DNA of 64,000 nucleotides, taken from contig CALXBW010000005.1 of NCBI GenBank assembly GCA_944386645.1, positions 8,639 to 72,638 of the forward strand, read 5' to 3'. This DNA comes from an uncultured Clostridia bacterium. GTDB taxonomy: Bacteria; Bacillota; Clostridia; TANB77; CAG-508. The translations under genes were made by a program, and so were the position numbers. The number at the start of each line of letters is the position of its first letter. Positions within the stretch are counted from its first letter, which is position 1. Below are positions 1 to 9,311 of this stretch, piece by piece. The notes beneath the pieces are model-generated. The model ran no database searches, was not told the DNA's origin, and worked only from the letters and a program-made list of their open reading frames with translations.

Positions 1-84
1 AAGGGTATTAAAATACACATAATTCAACAATATAATATAAACATGTAAATATGACTTATAAAAAGAAATGAGAAAGAGGTAAAA

Positions 85-435
85 ATGGGAATTTTAGATA
101 GATATTTACTAAAGAGAGATAACATATTAAGAAAAAAGATAGAAATAGATAATACTCTATATGAAGAAGTTGTTGAATTATCAAAAATATATGAGGCATC
201 TGCAAATAAAATAATTAATATAGCTATTTTAGGATTAATAGAAACCGAAAATGTAAAATTGTATAAAAAACCAGATAATGAAATTTCAGTGTCGCATAGT
301 TTATTAATAAGAGAGGGATTTTATAAAAAATTAGAAGAATTCAGAGAAAAATATGGAATATCAATATATAGATTAGTTAATATAGCCATAAAAAATGTTA
401 TAGATGAAGAAAAAGAGAAGAATGTAAAAGAATAG
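85..435 (+). CDS. hypothetical protein
   Basis: 116-aa ORF with an AAGAGG RBS a few nt upstream of the ATG. No recognisable catalytic motif. Confidence 0.4.
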   Translation: MGILDRYLLKRDNILRKKIEIDNTLYEEVVELSKIYEASANKIINIAILGLIETENVKLYKKPDNEISVSHSLLIREGFYKKLEEFREKYGISIYRLVNIAIKNVIDEEKEKNVKE

Positions 436-443
436 CTCTATAT

Positions 444-899
444 TTATAATACAGAGCCAAGTACTAAAATACCTAAATTATCATTATATATTTTGTTAAA
501 TTGAGATATAGGCAAAGGATTTTCACCTAATCCAGCTTCTATTGTGTATCCTGGTCTATTATATTGGAAAATAAACCAATCTTTATATCCGGCAAATGAA
601 GAACTATAAGGTGTTGTTTCTAATGCATATCCGCTTACTCTTGAAAATTCTTGCCCAATCATTAATGAATCTTTTGGGTTAAAATCTAAATATTTCCAAT
701 ATATAACTTCACCTTGAGTATGATAAGATAATATTAATCTAAAATTATGATTAATAGTGAAATAATATAAGGCTAGAGTTTCTGGTTCTGTTAATGGATT
801 ATATCCAACAAAATCTCTAGGTGCAGGTTTAGTAAATCCTTGTTCATATTTTATTCTTTTAGCTTCTTCCCAATTTGCAGGAAACTGCAAATTTAAATC
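444..899 (-). pseudogene. M14 zinc-peptidase family (gamma-D-glutamyl-diamino-acid endopeptidase, YqgT-like), 3' segment of a split gene
   Basis: Translation reads ..GVDLNLQFPANWEEAK..SYHTQGEVIYW..AGYKDWF.., the C-terminal part of an M14 cell-wall peptidase. It has no own ATG or RBS (the ORF track starts at an internal TTG). It continues segment 6579..7074 across the 5.7-kb island. Confidence 0.8.
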
Positions 900-967
900 T
901 ACACCAGTGGTATTAAAAAAATACCAACCGAAATTAAATAGTTAACAAAATAAATAATTATCTATAT

Positions 968-1006
968 TGCAGAGTATTTCGATATAAAAGAAATATTCTG
1001 CATTTT
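968..1006 (+). terminator. hairpin plus T-run just inside the island-1 left end
   Basis: TGCAGAGTATTTC-n9-GAAATATTCTGCA followed by TTTTT. Confidence 0.4.
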
Positions 1007-1105
1007 TAAATTAAAAGTTTATATGTTAATACACAATAAAATAAAAAATTTTCATTTAATTCCACTAATATATTTTATAAAACTATTAAAAATAATTTAT
1101 ATATA

Positions 1106-1136
1106 TTGTAGTATTTAAGAAAAATAGTGGTATAAT
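1106..1136 (+). promoter_or_regulatory. putative sigma-A promoter of mgtA (extended -10)
   Basis: TTGTAG, a 19-nt spacer ending in TGG, then TATAAT, about 37 nt upstream of the mgtA start. Confidence 0.35.
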
Positions 1137-1173
1137 TTTAAAGTAATTAATTGTTAAACAAGGAGATGGTATT

Positions 1174-3780
1174 TTGGCAAATGCTAAAGAAGAAGTTAAT
1201 GTTAGTAAAATGTATGGTGAAGAATGTACTTTGCCTAGAGATGAATTTATTAAAAAATACAAGGTAAATGAAAATGGTCTTTCTTCTGAAAAAGCAAGCG
1301 AATTAATTAAAAATTTAGGATTAAATGAAATTAAACAAGCAAAACCAAAGAAATGGTATAACTATTTTTTAGAAAGTCTGTTTTCACCATTTAATTGTAT
1401 ATTATTAGGTATTGTTTGTATTCTAATTTATACAGATATCTATTTACCAGAGACACCTAGTTATGCAAATATTATTGTAATTGCAATATTAGTTACAGCA
1501 AGTACACTTCTTGATTTTTTCGAAGAATATCGTTCTAATAAAGCAGCTGAAGAACTAAAAGAAATGGTTGCGACTACAACTACTGTTATACGTGATAATG
1601 AACAAATACAAATACCAATAAATCAAGTAACTTTAGGAGATATTGTTGTGCTTTCTGCAGGTAGTATGATTCCTGCAGATTTAAGACTCATTGAAGCAAA
1701 AGATTTATATGTAGGACAGTCATCATTAACTGGTGAATCTGATAGTGTTCAAAAATTAGTTAACTCAGAAATTTCTATTAATGAAATAGATAATATTTCA
1801 GATTTAGACACTATTTGCTTTATGGGAACAAATGTTATATCTGGAAGTGCAAAAGGTGTAGTTATAAAAATTGCTGATTCAACTTATTTTGGAAAAGTTG
1901 CACATACAATATCTACAGGTAAGCCTAAAACAGCTTTTCAAAAAGGAATCGAAAATATTAGTAAATTGTTAATTCGTTTTATGTTAGCAATGATTCCTCT
2001 AGTATTTCTAATGAATGCATGGAAACATGATATTATAACAGCATTTACATTTGCTGTTGCAATTGCTATTGCAATTACACCACTGCTTTTACCAGTTATT
2101 TTGTCTTCTAGTCTTTCTAAAGGTGCTGTTAGAATGTCTAAGAAGAAAACTATTGTAAAAAAATTAGACTCTATACAAAATTTTGGAGCCATGAACATTC
2201 TTTGTACAGATAAAACAGGTACTTTAACAGAAGATAAAATAGTTCTGGAAAAATATTTGGATATAAATGGACAAGAAGATATTAGAGTACTCAAAAATGC
2301 TTTTTTAAATTCTTATTTTCAAACTGGGTTGAAAGGAAATATAGATGAAGCTGTAATAAAAAGAGGAATTGAAAATAATTTAGAAGAACTTAAAACAAAA
2401 TATAAAAAAGTAGATGAAGTTCCTTTTGATTTTTCACGTAGACGTTTATCAGTTATTATTACTGATGGAAATAGAAAAAGAATGATTACAAAAGGAGCAG
2501 TTGAAGAAATATTAAATATATGTACAACAGTAGAATATAATGGAGAGATTTTACCTATAAAAAAGGATATAAAGGATAATGTTAAAAAAATTAGCAAAAG
2601 CTTAAATGAACAGGGACTAAGGGTAGTAGCTGTATGCAAAAAAGATGAGATTGGTGAAGCTACTCATTTTACTGTTTCAGATGAAAAAAACATGACTCTT
2701 ATAGGATTTATAGGATTTTTAGATCCGCCAAAAGAAACAGCAAAAGAATCAATTGAAAAACTTAATAATGCAGGTATTCGTGTTATTGTTTTAACAGGTG
2801 ATAATGCAGAAGTTACAAGATGTGTATGTAATAAAGTTGGAATAAATTCTAAGAATATAGTTTTGGGAAGTAAATTAGATAAATTGTCAGATATAGCTGT
2901 TTCAAGATTACTTAAGAAAACTAATATATTTGCAAAACTTTCTCCTATCCAAAAAGCAAGAATAGTAAGAATTTTAAAGGAAGACGGGAATGTTGTAGGT
3001 TATATGGGGGATGGTATTAATGATAGTCCTTCTCTTACTAATTCAGATGTTGGTATTTCTGTTGATACAGCAGTTGATATTGCAAAAGAGTCAGCAGATA
3101 TTATACTTTTGGAAAAAGATTTAAATGTTTTACTACATGGTGTTACTGAGGGTAGACGTACTTTTGTAAATTTAATGAAATATATAAAATTATCAACGAG
3201 TTTTAATTTTGGTGAAGTTGTTTCTGTTATTATTGCAAGTGCATTTCTTCCTTTTTTACCAGAAACACCAATACAGTTATTAGTAGAAGGTTTATTATAC
3301 GATTTTGGACAGATGACTTTACCTTTTGATCATGTTGATAAAGAATCTTTAAAAAAACCTAAAAAATTAGATATAAAAAGTTTAAAACGTTTTATGCTAT
3401 TTATGGGACCTATAAGTTCGGTATTTGATATTATAGTATTCATTTCACTTTGGGTAATATTCCAAGTTAGAGATGCTGCAACATTTCAAACAATTTGGTT
3501 TAGTTATAGTATAGTATCAAATTTAATCGGAATGCATATTATAAGAACATCAAAAATACCATTCATACAAAGCAATGCGCATATAGCTGTTTATATTTCA
3601 TCTATTTCATTAATTATAATAGGGTTAGTAGTTCCATTTACAGGTTTAGGTGCAATGATAGGACTTGTTCCAATTGCTGCTCAATATATATTATTAATAT
3701 TTGCAGTTACAATTCTATATTGCTTTGTTGCATTATTTGCTAAAAAGATATATATTAAAAAATATGGTGAATGGATTTAA
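1174..3780 (+). CDS. mgtA: magnesium-translocating P-type ATPase (MgtA-like)
   Basis: 868 aa (TTG start). P-type motifs TGES, CTDKTGTLT, TGDN and GDGINDSPSL are present. The N-terminal and 10-TM layout matches the MgtA/MgtB class. Confidence 0.8.
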   Translation: MANAKEEVNVSKMYGEECTLPRDEFIKKYKVNENGLSSEKASELIKNLGLNEIKQAKPKKWYNYFLESLFSPFNCILLGIVCILIYTDIYLPETPSYANIIVIAILVTASTLLDFFEEYRSNKAAEELKEMVATTTTVIRDNEQIQIPINQVTLGDIVVLSAGSMIPADLRLIEAKDLYVGQSSLTGESDSVQKLVNSEISINEIDNISDLDTICFMGTNVISGSAKGVVIKIADSTYFGKVAHTISTGKPKTAFQKGIENISKLLIRFMLAMIPLVFLMNAWKHDIITAFTFAVAIAIAITPLLLPVILSSSLSKGAVRMSKKKTIVKKLDSIQNFGAMNILCTDKTGTLTEDKIVLEKYLDINGQEDIRVLKNAFLNSYFQTGLKGNIDEAVIKRGIENNLEELKTKYKKVDEVPFDFSRRRLSVIITDGNRKRMITKGAVEEILNICTTVEYNGEILPIKKDIKDNVKKISKSLNEQGLRVVAVCKKDEIGEATHFTVSDEKNMTLIGFIGFLDPPKETAKESIEKLNNAGIRVIVLTGDNAEVTRCVCNKVGINSKNIVLGSKLDKLSDIAVSRLLKKTNIFAKLSPIQKARIVRILKEDGNVVGYMGDGINDSPSLTNSDVGISVDTAVDIAKESADIILLEKDLNVLLHGVTEGRRTFVNLMKYIKLSTSFNFGEVVSVIIASAFLPFLPETPIQLLVEGLLYDFGQMTLPFDHVDKESLKKPKKLDIKSLKRFMLFMGPISSVFDIIVFISLWVIFQVRDAATFQTIWFSYSIVSNLIGMHIIRTSKIPFIQSNAHIAVYISSISLIIIGLVVPFTGLGAMIGLVPIAAQYILLIFAVTILYCFVALFAKKIYIKKYGEWI

Positions 3781-3796
3781 TTAAAAAATATATTTT

Positions 3797-3838
3797 GAAG
3801 AGGTAGTTTCTATTATAGAATGCCTCTTTAATTTTTTT
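3797..3838 (+). terminator. rho-independent terminator after mgtA
   Basis: GAAGAGGTA..TGCCTCTT stem followed by a T-run. Confidence 0.45.
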
Positions 3839-3906
3839 GCCATATACATTATTTAAAACTCAAATTATATATATAACTAAAAAATTTATAATGTAGTTAT
3901 AAAAAA

Positions 3907-4110
3907 TTGTATTTCTTAATATATTCTGTATTATATATAATAAAATTAAGAGTGAAAGAAGTTGATACAGTTATGGACGATAAAAAGAAGAATACAAAAG
4001 AAAATAAACTAAAATTTAATACATATTATATATTTACAGAAGAAAAAAGAAATGTGAAAGAAACAATAGGACTAATTTTTAAAGATTATCTAGAAAATTT
4101 AAAAACATAA
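3907..4110 (+). CDS. small hypothetical protein upstream of the recombinase
   Basis: 67-aa ORF. An internal ATG at 3973 (MDDKKKNTKEN..) may be the real start. No motif recognised. Confidence 0.3.
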   Translation: MYFLIYSVLYIIKLRVKEVDTVMDDKKKNTKENKLKFNTYYIFTEEKRNVKETIGLIFKDYLENLKT

Positions 4111-4192
4111 ATTAAGTAATTATTAAAGAATAAGCAAAATATTTTTGGAAACTTTGTGATTTAAATATAAAAGATTACTAATAGGAGGGAAA

Positions 4193-5826
4193 ATGCTAGG
4201 TTTAAGAAATCGAGAATTTAGAGTGCGGAATGTATATACGATTATCTAGAGAAGATGGAGATAAGAAAGAAAGCGAGAGTATCAGTAATCAAAGAAATAT
4301 TTTGCAAAGATATATAAAGGAAAATAAATTAAATTTTATAAAAGAATATGTTGATGATGGTGTATCTGGAACAACATTTGATAGACCTGGTTTTAAAGAA
4401 ATGATACAAGATATCGAAGATCAAAATATCAATATGGTTATAACTAAAGATTTATCAAGATTAGGAAGAGATTATATAAAAACTGGTTTTTATATAGAAG
4501 ATTATTTTCCTAAAAACAATATAAGATATGTTGCAATAACAGATGGTATAGATACATATTTTGATAGTACAAACAATGATATAACACCTTTTAAAGCAAT
4601 TATGAATGATATGTATGCTAAAGATATTTCAAAAAAAATTAGAAGTGTTTATAAAGAAAAACAAAAACAAGGAGAATATCTTTGTAGTACGGCTGCTTAT
4701 GGATATAAAAAGCATCCTAGTATTAAGAATAAACTTGTAGTAGATAATAAAGTAAAAAGTGTTATAGAAAAGATTTTTGATATGTATTCAAATGGACATG
4801 GAAGTAGTGAAATTGTTAACTACTTAAATAACAACAAATATTTATCACCATTGGGTTACAGAAAAACAGGAATAGTACAAGACGAAAACAAGACAGGATA
4901 TAACTGGAATGAAGTAACACTATGCAATATGTTAAAAAATGAGGTGTATATTGGAAATACAGTGCAAAATAAAAATTCAGTTATATCGTATAAAGTAAAA
5001 AAAGTAATAAATGTGGAAAAGAAAGAGCAAATAAGGGTAGATAACACTCATGAAGCTATTATTGATAAAGATGTATTTGGAAAAGTACAATGTATTTTAG
5101 AAAAAAGAGGTACAAATACAAAACTCAAATATGACTACTTATTGCGAGGATTACTTTACTGTTATCACTGCAAAAGAAAATTACAAATAGTATTTAAAAA
5201 GAATTCTAAAAGAAGTTCAAAAGCATATTTATATATAACTTGTAGTAATTCAAAAGCAAGAAGATGTTATCCACTTAATATAAATTATGAAAAATTTGAA
5301 AAATATATTATTTACATCGTAAAAAAGATATGCAGAAAATATGCTGATAAAGAAATTTTTACGAGTGTTTATGAAAAAAATAAAAATAAAACTCTTGATA
5401 TAATAGAAAGACATAAGATAAAAATTGAACATATAGATAAAGAAATATTTGAAATAAACAATAATTTAGATAAGATGTATATGGATAAATTAAAAGGGGT
5501 TTTGCAAGAGCAAGATTATATTAGAGTTTCTCGGAAAGTTTAATTATGAAAGAAAAAAATTAAATGAACAAAAGAAAGAATTAGAAGAAAAACTAAATCA
5601 AACAGAGGAAAAAGGAAGGTTTAAAAATTTAGAAAGAAACCAAAAAGAATTAGATGAAGTAATAGAAGAATTTATAAAATTAGAAAAAATTGATAAAATC
5701 TATTTATATCGATTAATTAACAAAATTGAAATAGATAAAGAAAAAAATATATACATATATTTTAATTTCTCAAAACCGAATTTTATTAAGGAGGACCTAA
5801 ATGAATTTTTTAATAATGAAATATAA
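4193..5826 (+). CDS. large serine recombinase, reading frame interrupted twice (longest intact ORF 4230..5543)
   Basis: Resolvase motifs YIRLSREDGD and ..DLSRLGRD.. are present, plus a recombinase domain, a Cys-rich zinc ribbon (CYHCKRKL..C) and a coiled-coil tail. The RBS-equipped ATG at 4193 and the C-terminal 97 codons (5533-5826) lie in other frames. They connect by +1 shifts at CGG 4226 and CGG 5532. Confidence 0.85.
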
Positions 5827-5918
5827 CAAAAAACTAGATAAAGTTTGTATAAAACATTGAATGTATCATAAAATAATGATAAAATTATGATAATATAATG
5901 AAAGGAAGCGAATAAGTT

Positions 5919-6206
5919 ATGATTAATATAAGACCAGTATCAGATTTAAGAAATAAATATCCAGAAATAGAGGAATTAGTTTTAAAAGAAGATAAAGCAG
6001 TTTATCTAACAAAAAATGGATATGGTTCAATGGTAGTAATGAGTTTAGAAAAATATTCAAAATTAATGAGTGATGCAGAATATAATGAATACATTGAAAA
6101 TGCACTAGATGAGGCTGAAAAAGAACTAGATGATCCTAATACAAAATACTATACTCATGAGGAAATGATGAAAATGGCAAGGGAGGTAATTGATGGAAAA
6201 AAATAA
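5919..6206 (+). CDS. type II antitoxin, Phd/YefM family
   Basis: 95 aa. The N-terminus MINIRPVSDLRNKYPEIEELV..VYLTKNGYG..VVMSLEKY is typical of Phd/YefM. It overlaps the toxin gene by 17 nt. Confidence 0.75.
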   Translation: MINIRPVSDLRNKYPEIEELVLKEDKAVYLTKNGYGSMVVMSLEKYSKLMSDAEYNEYIENALDEAEKELDDPNTKYYTHEEMMKMAREVIDGKK

Positions 6207-6507
6207 TTATAAAATTATATATCTTCCTTCCTATATTGAAGATTTAATGGGTGTTTTAAATTACATTACATATAATTTGCAAAATCCTAAGGCGTCAGAA
6301 ATATTGCTAAATAAAATTAATGAAGCAATAAATAAACGAAGTTTAAGTCCACTAGGTTACGAAAAATATAACCGAGCTAGAAACAGTAAATATATATGGT
6401 ATCGAATTTATATAGAAAATTATACTGTTTTCTATACAGTTATAGAAGATACCATGGAAATAGTACGTATATTAAGTAGCAAAAGAAATTTTGATAAATT
6501 AATTTAA
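6190..6507 (+). CDS. type II toxin, RelE/ParE family
   Basis: 105 aa. It is translationally coupled to the upstream antitoxin and has a ParE/RelE-like C-terminus (..TVFYTVIEDTMEIVRILSSKR). Confidence 0.7.
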   Translation: MMEKNNYKIIYLPSYIEDLMGVLNYITYNLQNPKASEILLNKINEAINKRSLSPLGYEKYNRARNSKYIWYRIYIENYTVFYTVIEDTMEIVRILSSKRNFDKLI

Positions 6508-6578
6508 AATTCAAAACGCAAAGTCGTGTAATCTAATAATAGTTACAAGACTTTGCAAAATGGTTGGTAGTTTTTAAA

Positions 6579-7074
6579 ATCCACACCTCTTATATTTGCT
6601 TTCCAACCACTAGGGAAAGGGTATAGAAGGAAATGAATTTGCAATGTTTTGTACTCTATTAAAAATTATACTGTCTTTTGAAATATCTCCATTAACAAGA
6701 TTAACACCATCAGGATTTACCATAGGGCAAATATATATTGAAGAATATGAGAAAATATTTCTAGCAGGAATACCGAATATAATATCATTATTAGAATATG
6801 CAATCGAAATATCTTCAATAAATTTCATTAATACAACAGAAGTAATCCACTCATTAGCATGAATAGAAGCACTATAAAAGACCTCATTTTCTCCATTTCC
6901 AAATCTGATACAAGGAATACGTTTTCCAAGTACAGATGTACCTATATTAAAAACTTCCAAAAAAGGATATAAATTTTTAAGAGAAGTTATATTTTGTTCC
7001 ATAATTGAATATGTATATTTAACATTAGTAGGCACAATAGAATTATTTCTATAAAGATGTTTATAAGAATCCAT
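6579..7074 (-). pseudogene. M14 zinc-peptidase, 5' segment of the split gene
   Basis: It carries the Zn-binding motif HANEWIT and ..CPMVNPDGV... The 0 frame ends at TAG 6610-6612. The conserved [11 protein letters not shown] continues in the +1 frame (6611-6579) up to the island junction. Confidence 0.8.
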
Positions 7075-7276
7075 AAAAAACCTCCATTTAAACTAAAAGA
7101 ACTTATAAAATTTAATAAAAATCAAATAAATTGCAAAAATTAAAAAATATTTATCCACAATAAGTTTTATATATAATAAATATTATATGATAAAGGTACT
7201 AGAAAGTGACATAAAAGCCAAAAAAGATTTAATCCTTTTTGACTAAACAAACATATATATTTAACAGGTTAAAAAG

Positions 7277-7561
7277 TTAATCTATATAATTTTCAAAAGA
7301 ACTGTGAATAACATTATATTCATTATAAGGATTAATTTTTCGAGGATAAGGTTGTTGAATATCTGTTATCCCTAGTAAATAATCAATTGAAGTATTATAA
7401 TAATATGATAGATTAATTAAGATTTTAGTGGGGATGTCATTTTCGCCTGTTTCATATTTAGAATAGCCGGTTTGAGATATATTTAATATACTAGCTATTT
7501 TTTTTTGAGTTAAGTCATTATTCACTCTCAAAGATCGTATTCTTATAAATTTATTATTCAT
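7277..7561 (-). CDS. XRE-family HTH transcriptional regulator
   Basis: 94 aa with the HTH LTQKKIASILNISQTGYSKYETGENDIP. It is divergent from the sortase operon. Confidence 0.8.
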   Translation of the reverse strand: MNNKFIRIRSLRVNNDLTQKKIASILNISQTGYSKYETGENDIPTKILINLSYYYNTSIDYLLGITDIQQPYPRKINPYNEYNVIHSSFENYID

Positions 7562-7667
7562 AGTGTTGCCTCCTATATTTATTGATTCCCTAAAAGTTAT
7601 TGTTAGTAAAAAAAAAATATTTATGCATACATTACAAAATTATTACAAAAATATTTTTAAATTACTA

Positions 7668-7727
7668 TTGACTTATAATATTAATCAGGTTAAAATATAA
7701 ATCGAATAACCTGAATTAGGTTAAAAC
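7668..7727 (+). promoter_or_regulatory. sigma-A promoter with an overlapping inverted-repeat operator
   Basis: TTGACT (7668), a 17-nt spacer, then TAAAAT (7691). TCAGGTTA (7685-7692) and TAACCTGA (7707-7714) form a perfect 8-bp inverted repeat. A third half-site, AGGTTAAAA, lies at 7718. Confidence 0.5.
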
Positions 7728-7838
7728 TAAAAATGTAAAATACTAATATCAATAATAGCTTAGTTTAGATGTGGAAAAGTTATTTTACATTGCAAGAAAT
7801 GCTTAGGGAAACACGATGTAGATATTACAAATAAGGAG

Positions 7839-8513
7839 GTGAATATAGGAAAATTGGAAAGGGTTGCTTATCAGAAGGCAAGAAGAGCAGTAGTAAAAAA
7901 CAAAAAGGGTAAAATAGTATTTATTTTAATATTCGTATTAATCTTAGCTATAGTAGGAGGTTTCTTTGTTTACAATTCATATAGTAATAATGAAGAACCT
8001 AGTGAAGAATATGTAAATACAAGCATTCTGGTTGAAGGTGCAATACAAGATATGAATGTATTGGGAGCTATGCATCAAGAAGATGTTGTAGAAGAATCAA
8101 ACATACCAGATGAAGTTAATGGATTTAAAGTTTTAGGCCAAATAGTTATGGAAAAAATCGATGTTACACAAAATATTTTAAGTAAAACTAATAGTAAATC
8201 TTTACAATCAGGAGTAACCAAATTTTATCCACCAGATCTAAAACTAAATGAACCAGGAAACTTTTGTATTGCAGGGCACAATTGGAAGAGTAAATTAAAA
8301 AGATTAAATGAAATGGAAATAGGTGATTTATTTTATATAATTGATAAAGAAACAAATAGCAAAGTATATTACAAAATATATGATAAATACACATGTAATC
8401 CTAGTGATTTATCTTGTTTAGATCAAAACAATAATGGGAAAAGAGAAGTAACTCTAATAACCTGTAATCCAGGAGGTTTAACCAGATTAATTTGTAAGGC
8501 TAGAGAAGTATAA
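7839..8513 (+). CDS. sortase-family transpeptidase
   Basis: 224 aa with an N-terminal TM segment, the His motif CIAGHN and the catalytic TLITC motif (EVTLITCNPGG). The exact start is uncertain (GTG abuts the RBS). Confidence 0.8.
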   Translation: MNIGKLERVAYQKARRAVVKNKKGKIVFILIFVLILAIVGGFFVYNSYSNNEEPSEEYVNTSILVEGAIQDMNVLGAMHQEDVVEESNIPDEVNGFKVLGQIVMEKIDVTQNILSKTNSKSLQSGVTKFYPPDLKLNEPGNFCIAGHNWKSKLKRLNEMEIGDLFYIIDKETNSKVYYKIYDKYTCNPSDLSCLDQNNNGKREVTLITCNPGGLTRLICKAREV

Positions 8514-8586
8514 TTAATAGAGCTAAGTCTATCTAGAACGAAAAATATTAGTATATGTACATAAAATATCAGAAGATAAGAAAGGA

Positions 8587-9285
8587 ATGTTTAAAATGTT
8601 AAAAATGAAAAATATAATGTTAAGTTTAATCGCGAGTTTAATAATAATAGGATTTGGAGCAACACAAGTTATGGCAGCAGAATTAGGAGCAAATAATACA
8701 GAAGTTAATGTAGGTGATCAAGTAGAAGTTACAGTTAAATTAACAGATGCAACAAGAGCTGTTGATTTAGTATTAAATTATGATAGTAATGCTTTTGAAT
8801 TTGTATCAGTTTCAGCAGGTTTAGGAGGAGCATATAATGCTAAAGAACCAGGTGTTGTAAGAATATCAGAAGCTAATGCAAATGTTACAACAAATGAAGT
8901 TAAATATGTATTTACAGCTAAAGCTGTAACAGATGAAAATACAGAAGCTTTCACAGCTAGTGGTTTAGTAACAGAAGGTGGAGAAGAATTAACAGTTGAT
9001 TCAGTAAGTGTTAAAGTTGTAGAACCAGTTGTTGATCCAGATCCAGAAACACCAGTTGATCCAGAACAACCAACAGATCCAGAACAACCAGATTTAAATG
9101 AACCAGCTGATGACAATAATCAAGAAGAACCAACAAATAATGATAACAATAATGAAAAAGTAGATGAAGATGGAAACAAAATAACAAAATTACCACAAAC
9201 AGGTGTATCTATATTAAATGTTTTAGCAATAGTAGCAGTTGCTGGAGTAGCTGTTTTTGGAATTAGAAAATTTATAAAGAAATAA
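8587..9285 (+). CDS. LPXTG-anchored surface protein with a cohesin-like domain
   Basis: It has a signal peptide and a cohesin-like block (VNVGDQVEVTVKL..VDLVLNYDSNAFEFVSVSAG). A P/D/E/T-rich linker follows, then LPQTG, a hydrophobic stretch and an RKFIKK tail. Confidence 0.7.
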   Translation: MFKMLKMKNIMLSLIASLIIIGFGATQVMAAELGANNTEVNVGDQVEVTVKLTDATRAVDLVLNYDSNAFEFVSVSAGLGGAYNAKEPGVVRISEANANVTTNEVKYVFTAKAVTDENTEAFTASGLVTEGGEELTVDSVSVKVVEPVVDPDPETPVDPEQPTDPEQPDLNEPADDNNQEEPTNNDNNNEKVDEDGNKITKLPQTGVSILNVLAIVAVAGVAVFGIRKFIKK

Positions 9286-9311
9286 TTATTATACGTTAGG
9301 GGGAAAAAAAG

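Larger units (their letters stand above)
895..6587 (+). mobile_element. integrated island 1 (~5.7 kb): large serine recombinase, mgtA and a Phd/ParE TA pair, inserted in the M14 peptidase gene
   Basis: It is bounded by a near-identical 11-bp core, AAATC[T/C]ACACC, at 895-905 and 6577-6587. Joining the flanks restores the peptidase motif [19 protein letters not shown]. Confidence 0.75.

Noticed and set aside
924-929. CCAACC (GGTTGG on the minus strand) shared at 924-929 and 6603-6608, considered as the island-1 crossover site.
   Set aside because: Joining there gives a non-canonical peptide (..GWYFFNTTGVD..) and keeps element-derived sequence. Joining at the AAATC[T/C]ACACC core restores the conserved [12 protein letters not shown] block. 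The hexamer is probably part of the attP/attB arm similarity.
906-1173. A Mg2+ (M-box) riboswitch leader upstream of the MgtA-type ATPase.
   Set aside because: It is expected from knowledge of Firmicute Mg transporters. This leader is almost pure A/T, with only one short hairpin and no multi-helix GC-containing core, so I cannot support an M-box by eye. A covariance-model scan would settle it.
1938-2639. Antisense ORFs inside mgtA (1938..2294 and 2319..2639). Similar ORFs lie inside other long genes, for example 8778..9116, 9926..10186, 11897..12268, 36637..36921, 37654..38241, 53949..54335, 55856..56353, 59265..59723, 61585..62073 and 63214..63552.
   Set aside because: Each lies fully within a strongly supported CDS on the opposite strand. 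They have low-complexity S/F/L/I-rich translations, no RBS and no motif. This is the typical by-product of AT-rich, purine-skewed coding strands.
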